Shown here: positions 11,985-23,500 of the stretch, one piece after another | Position numbering within the stretch: the first letter of the stretch is position 1 | How the letters are laid out: every line of letters begins with the position of its first letter | DNA from: Hydrolagus affinis | Lineage: Eukaryota | Assembly: GCA_012026655.1 (NCBI GenBank) | Contig: JAAILG010001007.1 | Location: 1 to 64,000 of the forward strand | Direction of reading: 5' to 3' | DNA: 64,000 nucleotides | Translations under genes and position numbers: made by a program | The notes under the pieces: generated by a model | Told to the model about the DNA's origin: nothing | Databases searched by the model: none | Seen by the model: only the letters and a program-made list of their open reading frames with translations

Positions 11985-12617
11985 ATTGCTCACTTTTGTT
12001 CGTTCTCGCCTTTCACGCCTTTACCACTTCTAGGCTCAACTACGAGAACTCTCCTCGCTGGTCTTCCCAGCTCCTCCCTTCACAGGCTGCAGATCATTCA
12101 GAACTCTGCAGCTCGTGTACTCTCCCATACCAGGCTCCGCAATCACATCATTCCCACCCTCGCCCGTCTTCACTGGTTCCCCATCACCCAGAGGATCGAA
12201 TTCAAGATCCTCGTCCTCACTTTCAAGGCCATTCACGTCCTTGCCCCCGCCTATCTCTCTGACCCTATCAGCCTGCCCGCACCCTCCATTCAGCAGACTC
12301 AGGCCTGCTCCCTGTCCACCGCCTTAACCACCCAACCATCGGCGGCCGGGCTTTCAGCCTCTCTGCTCCCACACTGTGGAACTCCATTCCCGCAGCCCCT
12401 CTGCTTTGCCTCCTCCCTTTCCTCCTTCAAGGCCGGTCTCAAGACCTTCCTCTTCGACCGCGCCTTCGGCTGCCCCCCTAACTCTTCCTCCTTCCCCTTA
12501 CCCCTTATCCCTAACCCAACCCTCCTCCCCTGCTCGGGTCCCGAACTAACCGTTCAGTGCCTTGAGACATCCTCCCGATGTTAAAGGTGCTATACAAGTG
12601 TAATTTTGTTGTTGTTA
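11985..12617 (+). mobile_element. L2-type LINE 3' fragment
   Basis: Translation LHRLQIIQNSAARVL...LARLHWFPITQRIEFKILVLTFKA is the typical L2 ORF2 C-terminus; tail aaaggtgctatacaagtgtaattttgttgttgtt. Confidence 0.85.
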
Positions 12618-14659
12618 TTCTACGCAGTGTCATTCTAGTTTTAAGCGGTCTAACAAACAGTCTTGATCTGTACGAATTTCATAATCTGATTTATCAACTA
12701 TATTCTGGTTATCAGATTTTGAAGGCACAAAGGCCTTCGGAATGTTCTTAAAATGGAAATGGAAACCATATGGCACCTCCCACCTCTCATACCTTCAGTT
12801 GCTGATCTCACCCTCCCACAAAGAGATCCTATCTGGGATGGCCTTATCAGATAACCAGTAACATTTCACACCGCATTTATTTTCCATACAATGTTTGAAT
12901 CTGTGTTTTAAAAATAATTTTTAGCTCCACAAACGTGTGTGATAATAATATTACAGCATTTAATTTAGCGCCTTATCATGTCATTGAGACGTCTGAAAGC
13001 ACTTCACAGAATATTCAGTAAAGTGAATTAACTGTATATTTTGTGTGTAAAAAAAAGTGTAACATTATTTGAAGCATCTGGAGTTGTGGGGGCATTTGTC
13101 ATCTTTTAAGCAAACGTTTTCTCAGAAGTTGAAATTGATGTTGATTACATCGCTCTCTAGCTGTTTTGGTGACGTCCTCAATTAATCTCAAAACCAAAAG
13201 TCTTGCACAATGGCAAAGCTAAGTGTAGCCATGTGTCTTTCTTGTTTCAAACATTGCATGAGAATGGCATGAAGCTGGATGGTATAAAAATACTGATCTA
13301 AATTTCTTAGGATTTGAGTTTGCTATCAAATTTAAATGGAGTAATTATATTGTCATGTACTATAACTCCAGTTGTAAGACGATTCAGTTTGTGACAATAA
13401 AATTATTGATTCTATTAAGCAGAAGCAGGAATAATCAGAAGTCAAAAGGTTCAGTGTTGATGAAAAGTTCCTCATTCATTTTCGGGTAATTATTATAAAG
13501 TGCAGGAAATTGCTTCAAAATATACAAGAGGGGAAAAAATAGCTGACCACACAGTAATGGAGTTTCACAAGAAATTAGCCAACAAGGTTAAAAATAAAGA
13601 AATTAGCTGCTTTTTTTACTAGAAGACACTTGCAGAATACTGGTCACTGTGGAAAAGTGTCATCATAGAATAGAATTGTTATCTTTTTCTAATCACTGCT
13701 TTACATGCAATGAGTCCACCAGTTCGTTTGCAACACTTCCTTTTATTTGTACTGAGGAGAGATGAACTGAAACTTCAAGCTTTGAAAAGCCTAATTTAGA
13801 AGCATAGAAACAAGAAATTCAGCCTCTCGAGTCCGTTCCACTATTTTATAAGATCATGGCTGATCTGCACCTTAAGTCCAGCTACCCGCCCCTGCCCCAT
13901 ATCTCTTAATACCCTGATCTAACTTGTTATAATCTCTCTAACACTTTGTACTTCTTCACTTTCAGATCATCATCAAGTGAATTGCAGGAAAAATTCATTT
14001 CATAATTGCAGTGTTTTACCACTGCACTTGCCTTGTTCTGGTTTTTTGATTATTAAATTATGTCGGTACTGTATTAAAGAAACATTTCAGCACGAAGGCC
14101 AAACAGTGAGTTTATCTTGGGAGTGTTTTTCAAAACCCACATCCTTGTTTTAATTTATGATGGTCATCCTACAATACTGTTTTTCAAACAGGTTTCCAAG
14201 TTACGAGTGGTTTAGACTCATCATCAAACAGCTTGGTAAAAATTCAGACATGCTTTCCCCAGAATCTTGCAGCCGGTTTATGTCTGTTGCTTGATAGAGT
14301 GTCACTGAAACAATACACATTTGCTATCCCCCTATAAGAATGCAAAATGTCTAGTAACTAGGCATTGTTCAGTCAGTACCTTGGCCAATAGAATATTGCA
14401 GAAATATTTGCCAAACATTGCAGGGATTTTTGCCAGATTTTGCGGATAAGTTGCAGATGGTTGGGGTTGTTGAGGTACATTTTACTGCCTCCCTATCTTT
14501 TTTTCAGTACCTATATATTGAGAAAAACTAAATATGAGGATTTAATAATAATACTACTAATAATAAATATCCACTTGCATTTGATATAGCGCCTTATCAC
14601 ATTTTTGAGGCACCTGAAAACACTTCACAGAGTGTGAAATGCAGTGACTCATGATTTAA

Positions 14660-14955
14660 CAATAATAATAATCCTTGCATTTGATATAGCACTTTTCACT
14701 TCTTCTAGACATCTCAAAGCGCCTCACAGAGTACATTGTAAAGTGAATTGACTGTGTATTTCTGGACAAAATGCGGCAGCCAATTTCCCACGAACAGTCG
14801 TGGATTGAAAGGACCAATTTATATTGTTTTTTTGAGGGATTGTTGTTAGGCGTGAGGAGTAAGGAAACTTGTCCAAGGTTTTGCCCTGATCTGGAATTGA
14901 ACTCAGGTCTCACGGTTGTAAGGCGAGTGCTCTAACCAATGAGTTGCAGGACTCC
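14660..14955 (-). mobile_element. tRNA-derived SINE
   Basis: Full family structure in reverse, ending ...gagttgcaggactcc. Confidence 0.8.
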
Positions 14956-17900
14956 ATGTGGATGAAACGCTGCGGCCAATTACTAATGAAAAGCCAAAAT
15001 AACATACATTAGATTTTGCAAAACAATCTAATGAATTTCTTCTTGAAGATAAACTGGGTAGCGCATAAACTGGGTAGCCCAAAAGGCCTGGAGATCTGCC
15101 AATTAACACACACTCAGTGCCAGTGTACTGACTGCTGGGCCGGAGTAGTTCACCACCTCCTGCTTCTCAGGTCCCAGCACAGCACACAGAGCCAGAGACA
15201 AAGAAAGAGAGAGAGACACACACACACTCACACACAAAACACACACTCACAGACACACTCGAAAACATACAGAGGAGGGAGAAACTTCATTGTCTAGCGT
15301 GTGTGTATAGCGGAGGGCTCTGTTTATAATAATGATCTTTGCATTTGATATAGCGCCTTTTCATGTCTTACTTTTTCAGTCTTACGGGATCCTGCAGAAA
15401 AATTGTGGCCACACTTTTGCATTGGGCCAGGCACTCCATTGCACTGGCATTCAGCTGTTGACAAATTGACTTAAAGAAATGTAACACCATCTGTTGTCAG
15501 TCATGTGCAAGGATATGAAACAAGAAGCAGAATACTGTATAAGGAACTAATAATGGGAAGCATATCACTGTGGAGTAGCACTGGCCTGCTGCCAGCATTC
15601 CACACACACACACCAACCAACCAACCAAGCAACCGCAGACAGGTTTAGCTAAAGTTTAACCAGACAGATGATCAGTTCAATAGTAAGGCAGACATGACAA
15701 TATGAGTAGTGTTCAACTTGCTATAAGTGCAAATATATGCATAAAACCAAGACTCAGAAAACAACATACAATCCATCCTACGTTTCATTTTGATCAACAA
15801 ACACAAAAAGAGCACTAACTGGTTTAACAATTCTGGAAAAAAAAACTCTTCCTGGTGTAATAAAAATACCAAAGAGATAATTCTTTAAGGATTACCCAAT
15901 GCACTTCATTTCTACAGAGGGCAGGCATTGTGAAAAATTAACATGTCTTCTGTGGATCCTGAAGGTTTTTTTGTACATAGATAAGCCTATCCTGAGGAGC
16001 GCATGTCAAGAATGAGGATCAGCGAGTAAATGTGAGGATCATTTACCCGAAACCTTAAACTGAAGCCTTATTCTTGGATCGTCATGGGTTAGAAGAGGAC
16101 AAAATTGTAGTGTCTGGCATGAGATTTATTTACCATTTTTAGATATTTTGCGTAGAAATTTGAAACCTGATTTGGCTACCAGTTTGTTTACTCCAACTGT
16201 TGGATCTTGAAGGAACGTTTCTTTGACAAAGGCGGATCTGTAAGACATCCTGCTAAAGGCTGCCTAACATCTCAAAGTTAGATTCCTCAGTGCAGAATGG
16301 AAACCTCAACATATTTCACACACCCACAGCAGCCAAGAGACGGATATCTAAAGAACAGGCTTACAGTTCTCCTCTTTTGAAGTCAATGCAACACATCATG
16401 TCTGGATGACTTTTAAGACTAATCAAAGGTTTGCTTTAATCCACTGAGGATTAGCCCATGGCTAAAATATAATAAAATGACTGGAATAGTGCTTTTGTGC
16501 AGATCATTATCTGATCAGGAATGTTTCCCTTAGTTCTTCACTCTCATTCTCAATTTATTCTCTCTCTATCGAGGGTGAGCTCTAATCCTGATGGTAGAGT
16601 AAATTTTAACGTGTTTTTTTATTTACAACAATTCTCTGGGGGGGTAATTGCAAACTGGGCATCTAAAATTCAAATAGAAGATGCTTTCTTTTTAAAAATT
16701 AGTTGTTGAAAACGGACTGGAGACTGATTGCCTCACTCACAAACATGGCTTCCATAAGACACACAAGTCGTACGTCAATCCTGCTTCGAATAAGTTAACC
16801 AAGATGGAAAAAAAACATTCTATTTTACCTGTTACAGTGGTTCAGAATGGCATTAAGGATCCTATGCCATTATTTAAAAGTAGAGCAAGGAGATGTTTCA
16901 GTGGCTAATATTCTTCCCTCATCCAAATTCACCCAACAGTTTAAATTGTCATTAATCTGTCATTGCTGTTTGTAGGACATTGTTTACACATATCATATAT
17001 TCCTTTGGCTATGTAACAGTTAAGTTTCAAAGCACTTTGACCTGACAATATGCTTATACAAACAAAAGGCATTATTTGTTTTTCCATCTTCCACTCTGAA
17101 AATAAGTCCCAGGCATATGTATGGATTCCAGAATCTGGCTTGTGTGCAATAGTTTGGGCTACAAAGCCTTGAATGGCTGAGTCAAAACTCACTGTTAAAG
17201 CTCAAACGTGAACAATAATCATTTAGGTGAGGTAATAGAGGATGAATAATAGCACCTAGATTAGTACCCAAGAGAAATGGCCTTCAGGAGAATAGAAGGT
17301 TGGGTAAAAAGGAAAATAAGCTTGTAGGTTACATGTGTCTCATGGTAAAGATCCAAAACATACAATCTCCGATGATACAGAAGCCACAAGGGGGAAACTG
17401 AGGGGGCAGATGGTGGAAAGAATCTGGCTTGGCCATCACAAGGCGATGGAGCAAGATAAAATAGGCACCTGTAGCAATTCTCAGATCTTGCTTGTATGTG
17501 CAGATTAAAAATTCTGTGGCTTCTTCTCTTTAGTAATGTGTTTATGGACTGACCAAGTTCATGCTTCAGAGAGCTCCTAAAAGGGCACGATTTTACAGCA
17601 GCACCCACGCAACTTAGATAATCTCTATACTAAAGGACAATGTTTCCTGACAGATATGAGGTGCACTTAAAGTCACAGCAAGAATCGAAAGTTACAAGAA
17701 TTTTGGAATATATTTATATTTAACAACTATTTGCTTTAAGACTGAAACGTTGGCCCACATTATATTTAAAATATAATATGTAATGTTGACATTCAGAATG
17801 TTCACTTCATATTTATGGACACTCTACTATTGTCAGTTTACAATCCGCACTCAAAAGCCATTTTGAAAGAGTGCCACCTATTGGCATTCTTTCAAAATTT

Positions 17901-18324
17901 ATTCAAACGACATCAAGAAATTATTTTCAGTTTTAAAACTTAAGCGGCTACAGCTCTTTTATTCATTTTCCACAAGTAAATTCACACCGGTTTTGATCCT
18001 CCACAATTGCATTCTGACTGCAAGAAAGACTATATCCCTCTCCAATGGTGAAAAAATGCAAAGCAACATGGATTTGTTATCAATTATACTTGAATTTTCT
18101 AGTGTCTTCCACATCCAATGCTTCACAGGACATCTGTAAAGTGCAATGACAGGGTGTGCTATGGGTGAAACACAGTAGCCCATTTCACGCAGCAATGACC
18201 CATAAACAGGCAGGAAGTGAATGACCAATTTGTTTTCAGCAAAGCGTAGCAATAAAATGGGTTTGGGTCATTTACTTACAGCAGTGCCTAGGAGCAATTA
18301 AAAAAAAGTCTGAGCCTTTTCACC

Positions 18325-18560
18325 CATAGGCGTTAAACCAAGGTCTTGTCTGCCTGCTCAGCTGGACGTTAAAGATCCCATAGATCTATTCGAAAAGGGA
18401 AGAGTTTCTCCAAAATTCAAAAAGAGAACGGTAGGTCCCACAATGAGAAGGGGCACCTTGGGTCATCCTTCTGATGTGAAAGGCGCTGTACAAATGAAAT
18501 TTGTTATTGTTTTTTCCCGTTGTATTGGCCAACAATTCCCCAAATCAAATTGTTTGTGGG
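18325..18560 (+). mobile_element. Deu-domain-like ancient SINE remnant, interrupted by an L2 tail
   Basis: ccaaggtcttgtctgcctgctcagctggacgttaaagatccca resembles the recalled DeuSINE/AmnSINE core; related copies near 16850-16930, 35970-36220 (-) and 9920-10050 (-). Confidence 0.5.
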
Positions 18561-19353
18561 ACATTGTTGTGCACAATTGTCAACAAACAGCCACTCCATT
18601 TTACAGTAAATCCTGTGAAGCACTTTGAGATATCCTTCCAATGTGATCAAGCACTATAACCAAATACAAGGTTTATTATTATAAATTGGCATCAAAAAAA
18701 TCACCAGTTTGAATCTTAAATCAACACCACAATGATATAGATTAGTGTAACATTTATTGAAACATTGCTTTGCATTTAAAAAAAACTTATTTGTTGTCTT
18801 GTATCCAACATCAGTGCCTATCCCTCCACTATATTCTTGCGGACAAGCAGCTAAATGTTTCAAAATTTGCCAGTATGTAACTGACTGATTTAAAGTAACT
18901 GACTGATTTTAAATTAAGCAGTTAATCACATCAAAAGCAGATTTAAATATATTATGGAATCAAGCCTATTTGGCAGCTATTAAACTTTTATACTGCACAT
19001 TTAGATTGCTGCCTGTAAGTTAATCTCCACATATGTATATCTAAATACCACTCTCACAGAAAAATCTAGTTTACATTAACTGCTTCTAGATGCATCTCCA
19101 ATAGAAAACATTCTTGGAAAATTACTTTTTTTTTCACTTCCACGTTTTCTCCTTTCCTTTAATTGAATTGTAGAGTTTCCGATTAAAACTTTTTCTACAT
19201 GTTTATGTCAAGCTCATTTCAGCAGATCATACAAAAGGGGAGCCAATATAAAGCTGCTTTCATTACACGCACATTAGAACAAACGATGACTCGCTTAAGT
19301 GTCTTGAAATCCCCCGAAATTCAGTTTTAGATTTGAAACAGAAGTCATCTTAC

Positions 19354-19426
19354 CTGCTAATGCTACAAGAACAGCAGCTCCCAATATTGCCCATGGAAGC
19401 GAACACCAAAGTCTGCACTGAGCCAT
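19354..19426 (-). CDS. SNORC: SNORC exon 1: signal peptide
   Basis: ATG at 19426, MAQCRLWCSLPWAILGAAVLVALA, then donor G|gtaaga, phase 1 compatible with exon 2. Position downstream of GIGYF2 on the same strand matches mammalian synteny. Confidence 0.8.
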
Positions 19427-20240
19427 TTTGTTTCTAAAAGTGTCTGAAAGTACCTCAAGTCTTAAATAAGGGTGGGGGGGTTGCGGAAAGAGTCTAGGAG
19501 AGGTTGAGTTCTGAACACAGAGCTTTCTGTACTGTATCAAAAAAGAGCAGCAAGCATTTAACCTACCAACACCAGCTGGACCAACACCTACATCCCACAT
19601 ACCAGACAAATATGTTGCTGTATTCAATTAAAAGGAAATGATTCCATGCTATTTGGAGGATTTCCCAGCCAGAATGTTCTATCCTGTGTAGAGTAACAGA
19701 AGGTTTTAGATTGTTCAGGTGATAGTCAAAATGTGATTAAACCATCTCGCCAGGGCAGGAGAAAGACAGAATTATTTCATTAATAATCCTTGCATTTGAT
19801 ATAGTGCTTTTCACATCTTATCGACGTCTCAAAGCAATTCACAGAACATACTGTAACGTAAATTGAATGTATTTGTGTGCGAAACGCGGCAGCCAATCTT
19901 GTGTCACACAAACAGTCGTGGATTGAAAATGACCAATATTTATTTTTATGTTTTGAGGATATGATCTCAGCTCACAATTCTCTAGTCAGTGATAAAGTTT
20001 CATATCTGGCTGTGACAGTGTTTTATAAATTACATTCCTCTTTGGAGGTAAGACAGAGGTTTTAAACTTCTCACAATACATGAGCGAAATACTTTACAAT
20101 GAGTTATCCTTTACCAACCAAGAGTACTTAGCCCTTAAATCCCCTTCCCATGTGTACTGTATGCCAATAATCTGTGGAAAAATTTGATATTACACTATTC
20201 TAAAGACCTATTCCAAGTCAACCTTACCCAAACTATCAAA

Positions 20241-20536
20241 TAATTATAATACTTTCATTTGATACAGCGCTTTTCACATCTTATTGATGTCTCAAAGCAC
20301 TTCACTGTGAAGTGAATTGACTGTATATTTGTGGGCAAAACACGGCAGCCAATTGCGCACAGCAGTGTCCCAACAGTCATGGATTGAAATGACCAATTTT
20401 ATTATTGTTTTTTTTTTAGATTATTATTAGGCGTGTGGAGTGAGGAAACTTGCCCAAGGTTTCGTCCTGATCTGCCTGGATTCAAACACAGGTCTCACGC
20501 TTGTAAGGCGAGTGCTCTAACCACTGAGCTACAGGA
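20241..20536 (-). mobile_element. tRNA-derived SINE
   Basis: Family tail to head in reverse, ending ctctaaccactgagctacagga. Partial copies at 19781-19940 (-) and about 21400-21545 (+). Confidence 0.8.
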
Positions 20537-23500
20537 TGGGTGGTACAATTGGAAGGAGAGCTCTGGCTGATTTTATCATTCTCTAGGACACCAATGCTGA
20601 GCTGAACTGTAACACTGCCCCCAAATAAGAATAACCAGGGACCTTGGACCTTCAGTCTGATTAGTCCAGTTCTGTATTAAGCAGAGTCTTCAACGGCCAA
20701 GTTTGGGCCTTTGAGGCAACTATGAATGCAGCTTAGATCACCCAGTTCCTCAAATGGAGGACACTTTGCATGTGATGGGCAAAAGCAATCAAGGAAAAGC
20801 AGAGCAAGACAGAAAAATGCATTCATAAAGTTACATTTTTTTTAAAAAGTGGACGAATAAAATACAACAGGAAGATTGAAAATTTTACATTTTGAGTTAA
20901 ATGATTAAAGTAAAAGCAATTTCTCAGACTACTGTATGGATATTAAATCACTCTTGTTGAAACATACGATATTTTTAAAATTGCAAGCATGAGACTGAAA
21001 GAACTGTTGTACCTCTTAAACATTTTTATTTTACAAGGAATTCATGATTACTAGAACTACAATACTGTACATTCAATGATTCTGATTTTAGGTCTGACCT
21101 TGGTCAACCACTAACATTTTTAAAATATGTCAACCAGAGGTATTATGAATAACTACCGCTGCAGTCCACAACTCTGCAGGTTCCAGCCCAAAGTCGGTGA
21201 GCATTTTACCACAGATCCGATAATGTTTGCTTTTTAATTGGTACATACTGAGACAGACGTAACAGTGCAGTGGAATGTTCTTCACTTTTTGCAAAATTCT
21301 ACCATATGCCAGAAAAAATACCCATGGCTACTTCTACAATGAAACCTCAGATAACTCTGAATTGACTAGTGCACATTTAAAAAAATTTAATTTATAATAA
21401 TTTCAACCCACGAGTTTGTGGGATACTGCCAGGTTTCGCCCACAAATATACAGTCAATTCACTTTACAGTATATTCTGTGAAGTGATTTGAGATGTCTGG
21501 AAGGCGTGAATTGCGCTAAATCAAATGCAAGGATTATTATAATAATCTAGATTCCTGAGAAATGAAATCAGAGACCAAATGCTCTCCATGGAGAGAATCA
21601 TCAGAATTCCATTTTGTATCAGCAGTGACTGAGTGTTGCCGTTTTCTAAATGCATTCATAAAGTAGAAGATCTAACTCAATTACCTTATAACTATTACCA
21701 TACATTCTGTTTTGTGTCTACCACAACAACAAAAAACCTTAAGCATAGACAGAAACCCTGATTGTTTTGTTATTATATCCATTGTACATTTTAGTTGGTT
21801 AAGAAGCATGAGGTTCTAAATAAAGAGGCAACAGTTTTACAACAATTAAAGTGAATATAAATCTCCAATGTAAAATCTTTTTATAATCTCCAATAATTCA
21901 TATATTAAGACAAAAAAGCTCTTTAAAATATTTTCTCGCATCGAGTTTTTATATAGGCTGAAATATATTCAGTGCGTTAACCAGCACAAAATATAAGCAA
22001 ATTCGCATTGTGATCCATCCTTTTACATCCAATTGGATATCTCCCCACTTCCCCACACCAGAGGGCAACCTAGTGCATGAAGAACTAAGCAGGAGCCATT
22101 TCTCAGGTGCAAAAAATGATTGCAAGCTTCCTGTTCAGTTTTAGAATTTATATTCCAATTCTTAAAACATTTTAATTCTCAGACAATGATACAAATTATA
22201 CCACAGTAGAAAGATGTCTGTAGAATCAGGGACTTCAACCTCAGGGTTGTGGCCATGGATTCTTTTGTTTTGACATAGATGGGCTGGAACAGCATTTGAT
22301 TGTGGTGTAGAATCTCGTATGGACTTCGGGGAAACAGAAACAGATCTATTGTGTAAACATCATGTTTGCCAGCAGTGAGTTCCTGATATCACTTATACCA
22401 GTTTCAGAAGGCATTATTAACATACAGGGAATCTTATCCAGAGGAAGGCAGTCTCATTGGCATGATAATTCATATTTGTTCAAGAGACGTGGGAAGGAGC
22501 CACTTCCTTCCTAAATCATGATGAAAAGTTAAGTGTAAAATATTTAGGAGAAAATCATATTAAAACACGATATACAACATTCAAAGTGAAAAGAATGTTC
22601 AATATATTACCAGAAAATTTAAAAAAACCAAACATTGTACTCTCAGAATTCATTGGTTTATTTTGTTGCAACTTATTTACACATTTTTGTATCTGGTTGA
22701 AAATACCAATCTACGATTGTAAATTGACAATACGTGAATTATTCATTCACAAAAAAAGACCCCAAAGAGCAGGGAATGGTAGTTACCTGCCTTTATAGTT
22801 TGGCTTGAACAAATAATCAGTTCTGATATAGTACAACCTGTATTCTTCAGATTCAATTGGAATCTCAGCTCAACCATCCCATCTCCCCTTCCTCCCCAAC
22901 CCCCAGCTCACCCTCCCCAACCCCCTCACCCGCCCCCTCGCCCATTTTACATAGCAGTTGTACAAGAAACCTCAAACAAGCCAGTGCTTCTGTGTCAACT
23001 TCTCTGTTCTTCTGCAATAGTCAAAACTATGTACAAGTAATCAGCAGTCTGTGTTTATTGTACATATTTGAAAGGCTGATCTGAGTTCTTTAGGATCAGT
23101 ACACCTTTCTTTCCCCTATACCCTAAGGTTGTAGGTCACAAATTGTCGACCCCCCCCCCGAAAAACAAATCACTTGGTCGGAACAGTCCTATGTTATCCA
23201 ATTTATGGTACAACTAAATGCAGATAAAACTCCCAATTTTGCCTGCCAGGTGTTGTAATGCTTGGATAATGATTTCCACCGATAGAAATGGCAATAGCTA
23301 ATTTGAGCATTTCTGTACTGGGACACAATTAAATCATTCGGCAATTCAACTGAACCAACAATTGAAAGAAAAAAGTTCCCTTGAATTTTTAAATCAGAAA
23401 ATTGATCAATCTCATAAACTTCATGGCTGTACCAAGGTGAAAATTTGGCAGTCAGCTGTGTGCTACAAATTAGCAAGCACCGTTAAAAACAATATTTTCT

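Noticed and set aside
11982-12584. 200-aa ORF on +
   Set aside because: L2 ORF2 C-terminal remnant without a real start; not a host gene.
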